A DNA stretch of 64,000 nt, from NCBI GenBank assembly GCA_964016885.1, contig OZ024743.1, positions 268,832,001 through 268,896,000 on the forward strand, written 5' to 3'. Below the pieces are notes generated by a model, which saw only the letters and a list, made by a program, of their open reading frames with translations, was not told the origin of the DNA and did not search any database. Positions 10,666-25,779 of this stretch are shown piece after piece. The stretch's first letter is position 1. Each line of letters opens with the position of its first letter. The translations under genes were made by a program, and so were the position numbers. The DNA comes from Eledone cirrhosa. Taxonomy: Eukaryota.

Positions 10666-13278
10666 CATTAGGTGCAGATTTTGTTCCAGACATCAGTGAT
10701 CATGATACTCCAGTCCTTCCTGTTGTCGATGTTCCGGATGAGGTCGCTCTTTCTCATCCTATTTTCGTTGATGTATTTGTTTAGGCTGTCTGCAAATGTT
10801 GTTCTTTGTCTTCCTTGTCATTCCAGCGAGCTTGCAACAAAGAATCAGCTTCTCTAAACCATCTCTTCTGCGTATGTGGCCAAAAAATTCCAATTGTTTC
10901 TTTCTAATAGGACGGACAAGAGTTCTCTCCATGCCTGCCAGTCTTAGGACTTTATACTTGGTTTTATTTTTCATCCAAGATATTTTAAATATTCTCCGGA
11001 TGAACCACATTTCAGCGTCGTGCAGTTTATTTGCAATTTTGTTGCTTATCATCCAGTATTTACAACCGTATAGAAGAATGGACCACACGGATACATTCAG
11101 GACGTCGATTTTTGTGTCTATACTGATGTTTCTGTTTGTAGATATGGATTTCATTTTGTTAAAATCATCTTTTGATACGGTAATTCTTTTCTTTATTTCT
11201 CTACCGTCTGATGTGAAGGTATATCCAAGGTATTTAAAGGAGTATACTTGTTTCATGTTTACGTCAGTCACAACATTTGATGCGGTAGGGCAGCATCTGA
11301 AGCTTTCTTGAAACCACCATGCATTTTGTTTTCTTTCTGTTTAGTGTGAGTCCTTTTGCTTCGCTGTTAGTTGTCACTGTGCCAAGAAGGCACTGAAGCC
11401 CTTGTGTTGTGTCGGCTATCAGGATGATATCGTCTGAGCATCTTAAGTCGTTGATGTTTCTCCCTCTAGCCTTAACTCTTGCTAATCCTTTTATGTTATG
11501 CATAATTGTCTCATTGTATAAACTAAAACGATCTGCGAATCATTTTGAAATCGGTGATCTCGCCATTTATTCTAAGGGCAGCCTTTTGTTCTCAATACAA
11601 ATGTCTAATCCTTGGAGTATGCTGAACAGATCACCATGCTTCACCTCCTCGAACGCTTTTAAATAGTCTATGAAGCATAGGAATATGTCTTTTTGAACTT
11701 CGGTGTACCTTTCTAATACCGTGGATATGGTGAAGATTGCGTTTTTACTGTTCTTGTCCGGAACAAATCCGAATTGTGTGTGATATTACCGAGTGAATTT
11801 TGTTTCTCATTTTTGTTACTCAGAAGACTAATTGTTGTGTTGATCCCACTCGTTGGTCCTGGGCTTTTTTGGTAGGATGACAAAGACTGAGTGCTGCATG
11901 TTCTGAGGGATTACTCTACTGTTATATATTATTCTAAACAGTTTCGTAAGTTTCTATTTTCGTAAGTTTCTATTTTGCCTCCTGCAACTCTGTTGATATT
12001 TCGTCTGGACCTGATGCCCTGCCACATTTCATTTTAGTCAGTGCTTCTGTACATTACGCACGACATCCTTAAGGATTGGTGGATCTTCCAAGTTTGTTTG
12101 TTTTTTGGTGGGGAGAGGGAATATCTGGGATGGAAATTTATGTTTATCATAAAATAGTTCTTCTAAATTGTCCGACCATCTTTTCAAAATATCACTTTTG
12201 TCCAGAATGTTTCTGATATGGAAGCAATTTTTTAAGACGATTTTCCTCCGGAAACCTCTTTGATTTTTTTTCATGCATGTATTTGCTGTCGGCTCCATTA
12301 TAGCCTTCGATTACTATGCATTGTTCGTTAATACAAAATTCCTTGATATCGTTGCATTCGTTCATAATCTTTCTTTCTAATTCGTGATATATTTGCTGGG
12401 TTGTTGTTTTTTTTGTTTTGTTTTTTTGTTGTTGTTGTTTTGTGTGTGTTTTTTTTTTGGGGGGGGGGGTCACCTTCCGCTGTTCCTCCACAAGATCTAA
12501 GATGTCCTGAATTATCCATTTTTTTGTGTTCTTCTCAATCCCTAGCTTTCGGAATGTGTTTGCTTGGTATTTTTTTGTATTTTTTATTCATTCTTTCATA
12601 TTTTGCCATCTCTTTTCAATATTTGTAAATTTGTCGAGAGCGTTGAAAGCATTTCTTACACAAATAGAATATTTTTGTTTTAAATCTTCATTTTCTTCCC
12701 CTCAAAATGTAGTTTATGCGTTGCTCACAGTCTCATGATAAAGGTGTGGTGTTACCTGTTGCACATGACGATCCCTGCAGAGTGAGGAATTCCTGGTCTG
12801 AGGAACCACTTCACGCTATTCACTGACTTCATTTTAGATTCCCGATCCATGATTGAACTAAGCAAGTTACTGATAGTAGTTTGTAATTGCTTTCTGTGAG
12901 AGCAATGTCCGTACTGAGGAGGTTATCTCAGCCATTGTACCGCACTTGAGGTATCCTCTGCCTGAAACAATGAAAAGATTACCAGTTCCAAAAATCTTTC
13001 GGCTGCTACATATTTTCTCCGTCACCTACCTGACATGACTTCGGTGTACTTGAGAAAGATACTTCCACCCTCAGACGTAACCCATGGGTTCAACCATGTA
13101 GTTCTGCCGGCCAGATAAACTCCTTGCCCAAGGCATGGTCACTGCCATACACAAGCAGTATCCAGGGAGCTAAAACATGAACTTAGTACAGAGAGGGGAA
13201 GCAATTAGGATCCTTAAAACTTCACGCGGAGCGCTACTGCCTCTCACTGTGAGGTACTACCCATCCTTCTGTTCCCGA
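10666..13278 (-). mobile_element. Decayed RTE-clade LINE (RT and C-terminus; endonuclease apparently deleted)
   Basis: Frame-broken peptides YSFKYLGYTFTSDG..EIKKRI, WSILLYGC..W, AEMWFIRR, KQLEFFGHIRRRDGLEKLI, INDLRCSDDIILIA, DILKRWSDNLEELF; RTE-like C-terminus DNRKDWSIMITDV. Confidence 0.85.
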
Positions 13279-13349
13279 TATATATATAAAAAAGTGAATG
13301 GTGAAAAGAGAGGAAAAGGTATTTGATCTTTTTTTCTAACTAAATATTA

Positions 13350-13800
13350 TGAAGTGCGCTAGCGGCCGAAAAGTATGAAAAAGTTATATCTGCTGCATAA
13401 ATACAAAGTATGTAACCATGACTGCATATTAAATATGTGTATATACAAATATATAAACATGTAATCATGCCAGAAAATACTATTTTCACTGTAAATTGAA
13501 AAATGATGATGATCTTTAATCGGTTTTCGGATCCGCTCTTAGTATTATTCAGAAATAGCCATACAAATTTGCATATAATTAGCGCTCGCGTTGAAAATTA
13601 ATTAAGATATGGAGGAAGAAGTGCGCTAGAAGACGAAGTGTAAGATAAAGTTATATCAGTATGAATACAGAGTGTGTAACCAAGACTGCACCAACATGTA
13701 TACACGTATCTAATATGTAGGCATGTAAACATAACAGAAAATACGAATTTTCCGGTAAATTGAAAAATGAAAAAATATCCCATTTTTGGATCCTATTGAA
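13350..13800. repeat. Diverged ~270-bp direct duplication inside an unclassified repeat
   Basis: GAAGTGCGCTAG...AAAGTTATATC...GTAACCA.GACTGCA...GTAAATTGAAAAATGA...GGATCC occurs from ~13351 and again from ~13618. Confidence 0.6.
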
Positions 13801-14050
13801 CACTCATCAGAAAGCGAGTATATCATCGAATCAACAACAAGGAAACATGTATTTGATGGGTATATATTAGGGGTGGTGAAAACATATGTGAAGGGGGTGG
13901 GGGGTCAAATTTGGACAATTTATTTCTAGTGATTAGTTCAACTCTTTGCACTCTAAAATGTTCAGTAAACTTCAATATGCGATAAACATAACATGTACAT
14001 AAATTATAGCGTATATCTAAATAGATGTGTTACACCAAATTAATCCATTT

Positions 14051-14052
<2 letters not shown>

Positions 14053-14094
<42 letters not shown>

Positions 14095-14107
14095 TTATAT
14101 ATATATT

Positions 14108-14138
<31 letters not shown>

Positions 14139-14139
14139 T

Positions 14140-14172
<33 letters not shown>

Positions 14173-14189
14173 TTATATATATTTATATT

Positions 14190-14220
<31 letters not shown>

Positions 14221-14304
14221 ATTTATATTTATATATATATATATTTATATATATATATATTTATATATATATATATTAATATATATATATATATATATAT
14301 ATTA

Positions 14305-14338
<34 letters not shown>

Positions 14339-14364
14339 ATTAATATATATATATATATATATTA

Positions 14365-14398
<34 letters not shown>

Positions 14399-14497
14399 AT
14401 TTATATATATATATATTTATATATATATATATTAATATATATATATATTAATATATATATATATATATATATTAATATATATATATATATATATATA

Positions 14498-14531
<34 letters not shown>

Positions 14532-14635
14532 TATATATATATATATTAATATATATATATATATATATATATATTAATATATATATATATATTAATATAT
14601 ATATATATATATTTATATATATATTTATATATATA

Positions 14636-14671
<36 letters not shown>

Positions 14672-14819
14672 TATATATATATATATATATTAATATATAT
14701 ATATATATATATATTAATATATATATATATATATATATATTAATATATATATATATATTAATATATATATATATATATATATTAATATATATATATATAT
14801 ATATATTAATATATATATA

Positions 14820-14857
<38 letters not shown>

Positions 14858-15404
14858 TATATATATATATATATAATATATATATATTAATATATATATA
14901 TATATTAATATATATATATATATTAATATATATATATATATATTAATATATATATATATATTAATATATATATATATATATATTAATATATATATATATA
15001 TTAATATATATATATATATTAATATATATATATATATTAATATATATATATATATATATATTAATATATATATATATATTAATATATATATATATATATA
15101 TATATATTAATATATATATATATATTAATATATATATATATATTAATATATATATATATATTAATATATATATATATATTAATATATATATATATATTAA
15201 TATATATATATATATTAATATATATATATATATTAATATATATATATATATTAATATATATATATATATTAATATATATATATATATTAATATATATATA
15301 TATATTAATATATATATATATATTAATATATATATATATATTAATATATATATATATATTAATATATATATATATATTAATATATATATATATATATATA
15401 TATA

Positions 15405-15438
<34 letters not shown>

Positions 15439-15620
15439 TATATATATATATTAATATATATATATATTAATACATATATATATTAATATATATATATATT
15501 AATATATATATATATTAATATATATATATATTAATATATATATATATTAATATATATATATATATATATATTAATATATATATATATTAATATATATATA
15601 TATATTAATATATATATATA

Positions 15621-15682
<62 letters not shown>
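14053..15682. repeat. 1.6-kb interrupted (TA)n array
   Basis: (TA)n punctuated by TTAA or TTTA, with ~18-bp periodicity around 15120-15370. Confidence 0.95.
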
Positions 15683-15687
<5 letters not shown>

Positions 15688-15954
15688 ATTAGAGTTAACA
15701 CTCAATTGGAACCTTCAACTTCACTATCAGGCTTACTCTGGCAACTTAAACATGATAACGTTGGGTATTCGATGTTTTGGAATATTGTCTCAAGAGGGAT
15801 TCCTTTTAATTCCTCATCTGAGACATGTGACCTCTGTGTGGAGGAGATATTCTTTATATTAAAATCTAAAAATTCCCTTAATTTAAGGAGCAATTTATTC
15901 AGTTGCTGCAGACATAGATTGAACTCAACGTTTAAATATAAATTTAAAATGTAG
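15682..15954 (+). pseudogene. Penelope-like element GIY-YIG endonuclease C-terminal fragment
   Basis: STSLSGLLWQLK...WNIVSR..PFNSSSETCDLCVEEIFFI...LNLRSNLFSCCRH resembles the CxxC-containing C-terminus of PLE endonucleases; 5' end abuts (TA)n. Confidence 0.75.
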
Positions 15955-16635
15955 TATAATTAGTTAAGATATTTAATTAATGTATGAAACGTGACGATAA
16001 ATCTTTCGATTCCTTCAACTTTTTCTTTTAAACCTTCTTCATAAATATATACTAATGATGTAATTAAACTACCCTAAAATGTAGATGCTCCCAATCTATT
16101 GAATAAATTTTACGCTAGATAAACTTCTATACTAAATATAAGAGCATCTGTAGAACAACAGGGTCTCCCAAATCTTTTAAATGATTTCTGCTAAATAAAT
16201 GTTGTTGAATAATTTTTGGTTTTTTGTTTGCTTTTTGATTCTGATTGCTTCTAATGAACTTGGCAATATATTGTCAGATAAATTGGAGGGGTAGATTTCT
16301 GTGGTTGATATGGAGTGCATACTGTGTTTTTTACGGCCTTAGATACTCTAGGGAGTGATGAAAATATTTTTAACGTCTTGATATCTCTGTGCTGTACAAA
16401 AGCCATATGTATTAATATGAATATGGAATGATTACAGAGTATATTTTATTTTATCTGCTTACTTTATCTGTCCATGTACACATATATGTGTGCATACATA
16501 TATATATATATGTATGTGTGGGTATAGCTCTGGATATGTTACAGATATGCATAATATTCTATACATGAACGATAATCATGTATGTGAGGGCAGGAGTATT
16601 AATATATATTTTTTTATGTATATGTATATAATATT

Positions 16636-16835
16636 NNNNNNNNNNNNNNNNNNNNNNNNNNNNNNNNNNNNNNNNNNNNNNNNNNNNNNNNNNNNNNNNN
16701 NNNNNNNNNNNNNNNNNNNNNNNNNNNNNNNNNNNNNNNNNNNNNNNNNNNNNNNNNNNNNNNNNNNNNNNNNNNNNNNNNNNNNNNNNNNNNNNNNNNN
16801 NNNNNNNNNNNNNNNNNNNNNNNNNNNNNNNNNNN
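16636..16835. other. Assembly gap (200 N)
   Basis: Run of n. Confidence 1.
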
Positions 16836-18080
<1,245 letters not shown>

Positions 18081-18189
18081 ATAGATATATATATACATAG
18101 ATACATACATAGATACAAGTAGAAAGGGTTAGCGATCTGAGATGAGCCAGTCAGATTGAAAAGAAAATGGCAGCCACTGATCCAGATAT

Positions 18190-18996
18190 CGTTGGTGTAA
18201 TGGTCTTGGTGGGGTTGGTAGTGGGCGTGTTACCGGTGGTGGTGGTGGTGTTGTGTTGGGGGGGGGGTTTACCGGTGTTGGTGGTGTTGGTAGTGGGTGT
18301 GTTACCGGTGGTGGTGTTGGCGGTGGTGGTGTTGGTGGTGGTGTTGGTAGTGGGGTGTTACCGGTAGTGGTGGTGGTGGTGGTGGTATTGGTGGTGTTGG
18401 CGGTGGTGGTGTTGGTGGTGTTGGTGGTGGTGGTGGTATTGGTGGTGTTGGCGGTGGTGGTGTTGGTGGTGGTGGTGTTGGTAGTGGGCGTGTTACCGGT
18501 GGTGGTGTTGTGTTGGGGGGGGTTACCGGTGTTGGTGGTGTTGGTAGTGGGTGTGTTACCGGTGGTGGTGTTGGTGGTGGTGTTGGTAGTGGGGTGTTAC
18601 CGGTAGTGGTGGTGGTAGTGGTGGTATTGGTGGTGTTGGCGGTGGTGGTGTTGGTGGTGTTGGTGGTGGTGGTGTTTGTAGTGGGGTGTTACCGGTGGTG
18701 GTGGTGGTAGTGGATGGGGGTGTTACCGGTGGTGGTGGTGTTTGTGGTGTTGGTGTTGTAGGTGGTGTTAGTGGTGTTAGTGGTGTTGGTAGTGTTGGTG
18801 TTAGAAGGTGGTTGTGTTGATAGTGTGTGTGTGTGGGGGGGGTTATCGGGGATGGTGGTGGTGGTTTCTGGTGGTGGTTGTGTTGATGGTAGTGCTGGTG
18901 TTGGTGTTGGTGATGGTTGTGTTGGTGGTAGTGGTGTTGGCGTTAGTGTTCGTGGTAGTGATGGTGGTGATTTAGTAGCAACAGCAGTAGCAGCAC

Positions 18997-19028
<32 letters not shown>

Positions 19029-19060
19029 GTATTAGTAGTAGTAGTAGTAGTAGTAGTAGT
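18190..19060. repeat. (GGT)n-derived minisatellite followed by (CAG)n and (TAG)n
   Basis: Recurrent GTGTTACCGGTGGTGGT units. Confidence 0.85.
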
Positions 19061-19149
19061 AATAATGTGAGTGGCTGTATATGAACTAGAGGGGAACGGA
19101 TGAGCAATGGTGTTTAACGCTCCAAACATACAGAGTTTGAATAATATAT

Positions 19150-20090
19150 TAATGTTATCAGTCTAATATTGTCAGACGTGTTTTCCTTTGACTATATTAG
19201 ACCGTCTGTTCTTTCTCCTATCATAGAAACAACTTGTTCCACTGGTTAGGCGGTCCATCTACTACCAACAGCCTCCGTACAGATGGTTCGGTTTACTATT
19301 GCTGATGATGTGCTAACTTGCCCCGAGATTGTGGAATTTGTAGAGATTTCCTGACGATGAGCAGTTTTGATCGTTGCTTCTCGTGTAGATTTTCCCACAG
19401 TTCATCTCCGACGGAGCTCCAGTTATGAGTAACCCAAAGCATAAGACCGTTCGGCTGTCGGTTAACTGAAATGCTCTCATGGGCTCACAGCCCTCTATCA
19501 GTCGGTGGAACTTCCACATTAGCATTCTATAGAGGATTTGTAGAATGATAAACGTTGCACGTCGATCAGATTGAAATAGCTGATCTATTCTGGAGCCTAT
19601 TAGTAACCTCTAGAAATCCCTTGCTTAGAAGTCCTACCGGGATTATAGGATTGCTGCTTCAACATAAGATTTACAGATACAAAACTATTCATAGTCAGGC
19701 TTGTTTAAGTTGCATGCAGAACAACGAAACCGATCTACAACACTTCTTCAATTTCCAAACATTATAGACTTGCATAGTTTTATCGAATAGCTGTCGTTGC
19801 GTGCAGGATGGATCCGATTATCAACCGTTACCATCGAGAACATCACACCACCACTTTTACTTTGCTGAAAGAACAAGTCGTTTCATTCTCTATGTTGGCT
19901 ACAGTTTAAAAGAATGTGTAGTGGACGTGACTGAAATGACTGAATACATTGTGAAGATCACCCTCGCTGCATTCCTTTGGACATGATGTGCATGCAATTT
20001 TTATCTATCTAGTGACTGTAGTGAAAGAAGTTGAATAGTGGATGAGATTAAAAGGGCTGAAGACAGACACGTTCTTCTTTGCTCAAGCCT
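19150..20090 (+). mobile_element. Old, heavily decayed 3' fragment of the Tx1-like LINE family
   Basis: GTCGGTGGAACTTCCACATTAGCATTCTATAGAGGATT (VGGTSTLAFYRG), AGGCGGTCCATCT and CLSCMQNNETDLQ align to ~34090-34930. Confidence 0.75.
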
Positions 20091-20416
20091 TCATAGGCAT
20101 TTTAAAGTTTACCTTGTCTTTCGGCAAATTTGTTGAGAAGTGGATGAACGTGACGAGCAAAGTGAACCTGTAGATTGGAGGACAGCGGGGAGAAGGCACT
20201 CGCCTTAGTGGTCAAGGTAACCGTGGACTTTTGTGAGATTTTTCCACGAATGACGCTTGTTGGAAGTCTTGCACTATTGGAGAATGTTCTTTCAGTAAAT
20301 TTTATTGTTACCATCTTTATTTTTTAACGTTTTCATAAAACCACACCATGTCGTTCTTAATGTGCTTTGTAAACTCTTTGTTGTTAATAAAGAACTGCTT
20401 CTTCTTCTTCTTCTTC

Positions 20417-20457
<41 letters not shown>

Positions 20458-20489
20458 GATTTGTTTGTTTCTTTGTTTCTTTGTTTGTC

Positions 20490-20920
20490 GTACAACACGC
20501 TTCGTGGCATAGAGTTACAGCGCTTTACGTTCTGAGTTCAAATCCCACCAAGGTGAGCTTTGCCTTTCATCCTTACGGGGTCGATAAATAAAGCACCAGT
20601 AATGTACTGGGATCAATTTAATTGACTTTCTCCTCCTCCAAAATTCCTGGCCTTGTGCCTATAGTAGAAATCATTATTATTATTATTATTGTTATTATTA
20701 TTAGGTGGTGGATTGGCTGAATTGGTAGTACGTCGGACAATACGCTTCGCGGTATAGAGTTACGGCGCTTTACGTTCTGAGTTCAAATCTCGCCGAGGTG
20801 AGCTTCGCCTGTCATCCTTACGGGGTCGATAAAATAAAGCACCAGTAATGCACTGGGGTCGATTTAATCGACTTTCTCTCTTCCCTTCAAATTGCTGGCC
20901 TTGTGCCAAAAGTAGTAACA
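20490..20920 (+). mobile_element. Two head-to-tail family A SINEs joined by (ATT)n
   Basis: A box TGGCTGAATTGG, B box GAGTTCAAATC, core GCCTTTCATCCTTACGGGGTCGATAAA (recalls the Meta-SINE central domain; from memory), tail GGCCTTGTGCCTATAGTAGAAATC(ATT)n. Confidence 0.85.
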
Positions 20921-22892
20921 ATTATTTATTATTTGTTTTCTTTCAATCAATATGAGTGCTATCTCAGGGTGATATTTCCTGAACTTCACACATGGAATGT
21001 TTAGCTGTCAGTTCTACAGTTTTTTTTTAAAAGCCACGCTTCATTGTCCTCAAAGCTCTTATAACAACTCAAACAATTTTACTTTTTCTGTTCTGTATTT
21101 TCAATATTTGTTGTATGTTCTGGAGGTTTTTTTTTTATCAAACGTTTTATTTTCTGCCTGAGACACCCAGAATTATCCACTCCACCCCTGCCAGACAATT
21201 TTTCACTCTGGGAACTGACCTATGGAAAGGATGAACCTTGGACATCCTTCGAAATATATGGGCAGAGCCCTGGTGGAAAGTAGTGGTGTGGTAACGTTTA
21301 ATGAACTAATTTAGGACACTGAATAGAGAGACATGTGATGTACCTGACATTGTGACCTTCGCATGGTGACGATGATGACGATGATGATAATGATAGTGAC
21401 GATGTTAGTTGTAGTGGTGGTGGTGGTGGTGATGGTGTTGATGATGATGATGATAGTAGTGGTGGTGGTGATGATGATGATGATGATAGTGACGATGATA
21501 GTGATGCTCTTCTTAGAAAATATGACCATGTGGTCTTGTTTGTACAGTGTCAACGGAAAAATGTGATGAGCACATCAGGAAAGTTTGCACTATGAGACCC
21601 GACCTTGAATAAAAAACAACAAAACACCATCATCATCAACAACACTAGAAACAGCACCACTACAATCAATATCGCCACGAAACCAATGTGGGTGAGGAAC
21701 CATTTAGGTGGTCTTTTTGCAGCCCAATCTCTATCAAATCTCATACATCTAGCTTCTTTAGAAAACCAAGGAGATACTGGATAAAGTAGGTTCTATGTAC
21801 ATTATGTCTGAATATAAGATAGAATTGTGACAGTTGAACTGCCTTCTATCATAGGTCTGCTCTATCAGGTTTGACCTGGGGCTAAAAAAAAAAGCTATTA
21901 CAGTATATATTACAAGTATAACAACAATACAAAAAACACTTCAACCACAAACAACAACAACAACAGCAACAACAGCAATATCGTAACAATAACTACAAGT
22001 CTATCAAGGAACAACAACAACAACAACAACAATAGCAAATTGAAAAAAAAAAACCTATCACCACCAACACCACCAACACCACCACCATCATCAGCAACAA
22101 GAACTAAAACAGCAACAATAACAACAATTACAACAGCATAACAATAAAAGTAACAAATTTATTGATAAACAACAACAACAACAACAACAGTAACAACAAC
22201 AACAACAACATCATCACCATATAAACAACAGTAACAACAGCAACAACAACAAAAATGTTTGTCTAGCCAGATCTATTCATTTATTACATTGAACAATCGA
22301 TCAGGCGAGTCTATTGTCTTTCTCTGTGATTTGATTGATTGGTTTAGGTTTATCGTTTAAGAAGACACAGTTCGATAAATTGTCCTCTCTTTATGTATCT
22401 CTCCCTATGTCCACAATCAGATGGACAGTGTTTGGAGGTTGTAGGGGAAGTAACTCCGTTTACAAACACACTCTCTCACACACACACACCATAAACACAC
22501 GCACACACACACTCACACACACATACTCACACACACACACATATATATATATAACACAAGCACACGTAAGCACATATATAAAAACACAAACGTATACACG
22601 CGTAAACACACACATTGACATACAAACACACACTGACATAAACCACAGGTACACATAAACACATATACACATAAAACAGACGGGGGTATACGCATACACA
22701 ACACACTCATATAGGCTCACACATAAATACACATACACATATATTGTGCCTACGCCACCGTTTTGTCCCCTGGCGAGAGCGCGTTGTATTTACTTTTACG
22801 GCGGTGGCCATGTTGATGTTTCCGCTTGGTTGTGATTTAAACTAATATTTCGTCCCACCTCTTCGCCACGATGCTTCTTCCTCCTCCTCCTG

Positions 22893-22938
<46 letters not shown>

Positions 22939-23167
22939 ACGTCATCATCATCATCACCATCATCATCAAACTACTACCACCGTCACTACCGCCACCATCA
23001 ACAATACTGCCACACCATCACCACTGCAAACAGTATTATCAGGTTCCCCACTATCACCAATACCACCAACACAACGAACACCCCCCACTACCATTAACTA
23101 GAACACTCGTCGTCGTAAACGACGGAGGTCCAATACATATACGTGTATTATTATATACGATGATACA

Positions 23168-23348
23168 GGGCGGTGGATTGGCAGTATCGGTAGAGGGTCT
23201 GACGCCATGCTTTGCAGCAAAGAGTTACGACGCTTTATGGTCTGAGTTCAAATCCCACCGAGGTTAACTTTGCCTTTCATCCTTACGGGGGTCGATAAAA
23301 TAAAGTACCAGTAATGTATTGGGTAATTGCTGGCTTTGTAGAAACAAT
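23168..23348 (+). mobile_element. Family A SINE
   Basis: GGCGGTGGATTGGCAGTATCGG...GAGTTCAAATCCC...GCCTTTCATCCTTACGGGGGTCGATAAAATAAAGTACCAG. Confidence 0.85.
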
Positions 23349-23664
23349 TATATACGATGATACGATGTATCAGCCAGCCAAGAGTTTCTGGTTTCGAATG
23401 CAATACTTGTCTAAATAATGCTTCACTTTTTAAGGGACATCTTACACTCAGATTAACAAAACTAATAAACAAAAAAATTGAAACATTAGAGAAAAAAAAT
23501 AATAATAATTCAATCGATTAGGGATTTCAGTTTTTTATCATTTTATTTTTCGTAATTATTGTGGAATTCTGATAGAATTTCGAAATTGAATTTCAGTTAA
23601 CCCCCACTCCCAATGTATTTTTTAAATTCAGTTTTTCCTGGTTCAACATTCCTCACAAAATTAT

Positions 23665-24240
23665 CATATATACGAGAATAGGGTAATGGTTGATAAAATA
23701 TCATATACACGAGAATGGTGCAATGATCGATAACATATCATACACGAGAATGGGGCAATGGTTGGTAAAATATATACACGAGAATGGTGCAATGGTTGAT
23801 AGAATATTATATGCAAGAATGGTACAATGGTTGATAAAATATACACGAGAATGGTACAATGATTGATAAAATATATACGAGAATGGTGCAATGATTGATA
23901 AAATGTAATACACGAGAATGGAGCAATGGTTGATAAAATGTATACGAGAATGGTGCAATGATTGATAAGATGTAATACACGAGAATGGGGTAATGGTTGA
24001 TAAAATATATACGAGAATGGTGCAATGGTTGATACAATGTAATATACAAGAATGAGGCAATGGTTGATAAAATATTATATACAAGAATGAGGCAATAGTT
24101 GATGAAATATTATATACAAGAATGAGGCAATAGTTGATGAAATATTATATACAAGAATGAGGCAATGGTTGATAAAATATTATACACGAGAATGATACTA
24201 TGGTTGACAAAATATAATACACGAGAATGATGCAATGGTA
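23665..24240. repeat. Minisatellite, ~28-31-bp unit, ~19 copies
   Basis: Unit approximately TATACACGAGAATGGTGCAATGGTTGATAAAA. Confidence 0.95.
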
Positions 24241-24254
24241 TGGTGGAGTAAGGG

Positions 24255-24560
24255 GTTACATGATTGATAGCATTGAATTTCCTCCCACGGCTTTCTGAGT
24301 TCAAATACCTCTGGCGTCAATTTCACGTTTTATCTATCAAGTATCGATAAAATAAGTATCTGTATCTGTATCTGGAATCGATTAGGTCGACTATGACTTT
24401 AAAACACAGGTGTAGAATTGGCAGAGTTGTTAAGATATCGAATAGAATACATCGTGGTATTCATTCCGGCTCTCTCCTCAGTACGTTCAAACCTGGCTGA
24501 AATCGATATAACCTTCCATATTTTAGGAATCGATAAATAAAGTACCAGTCCAGTACAGGA
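24255..24560 (+). mobile_element. Two diverged family A SINEs
   Basis: GAGTTCAAATACC and CGTTCAAACC B boxes; TCGATAAA(A)TAA(A)GTA cores. Confidence 0.6.
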
Positions 24561-25398
24561 GCTTATTTGTCTTTTCTTTCATTCCTCTTTTCCCTCCTTC
24601 TGTTTCTCTTTATCAATCTTTTTCTCTGAAAGAAATGTTGTGGTCAAACCTAGAAAGGAACGGGCTCCGACCGGTTTAAAACACCCAAAACGACGGCACT
24701 CCTACGATTAATGTAAGAGTTAAGGACCTAAAAGTAAATGAGAAAAGTGCTTAGCTGAAACTTAAAGGATAATAGTTTTATACAAATTTCTATAATTAAT
24801 TAGAATATATAAAAATATCTAAAGCGGTGGAGAGGGTTGTATGATGTTATGACCTGTCACATTACATGGCGTGGGTGAGTGGAAAATGAAGACTTAGTAA
24901 TTTTATTAGTGCGGTCTGAATACGAAGTGTGAAAAGCTAGCCTCGCCAGCTTACCAAACAGTATGTTGAAATAATCTTATTTAAGCGAATGGAGCATATA
25001 ACAGAATATAGTCTCACATACTAGAAATAGTTTACGGCGGGAAATTCCCACACTCTCAATACAACGCTAGTCGTAGTTTGTGTTCGATATAAATAACTAT
25101 TTGTTTTCAATCTTTCTGAAAGCAAAGAAAGCTGGAAGTTGTTCTCTGATAAAACTTTAAACAGGACAATCCGAATGTTTCTACCCACGACCAGGTAAAC
25201 ATGTTTTCCTCTTTTTGTTAACATTTCGCAAAGGGGCTAAAATTGTAATTAAAACTTACATTTAAATGTTTATACATATACATATACATACACACTCATT
25301 GTAAAACATATTAATATATGTATACATAGACGTACGCACACACACAAACAGATACACATGCATGTATGTATGTATGTATGTATGTATATATGTGTATG

Positions 25399-25474
<76 letters not shown>

Positions 25475-25779
25475 CATATATTACGCAAACACCCACACAC
25501 TATAAAGAGTAAACAAATAGAAAATCATGAACAAACACTATAGTCGAATTAGATTAGTACTGGGCAGCAGAAATCGATGACAAAATACAATGCAATTAGT
25601 ATAAACACACTACTAGCTGTTGCGGGGATCATTAACTAAAGTTTCAATATAATAAATTGAAAATTATAAGAAATCAATATTGTATTTTATGCAAATAATC
25701 GATATAATAAATTACAAAATTATGCGAATGGAGAAATCGGCAAGAAAAACAATAACAAGCTCCACCATTATCTCACCAA

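Noticed and set aside
13195-13278. HDV-like ribozyme at the RTE 5' end (GCAGT/ATTGC, CGC-TCCGC-GTG on the minus strand)
   Set aside because: Plausible by position, but P1, P1.1 and L3 could not be built convincingly by eye.
13780-13815. CTGATGA on the minus strand; also CTGATGA at ~19302, ~58513 and ~62113
   Set aside because: No closing stem II or GAAA; the latter three lie in LINE coding sequence.
23665-24240. Regular ~30-bp repeat resembling a CRISPR array
   Set aside because: No unique spacers, no cas genes, eukaryotic context; it is a minisatellite.
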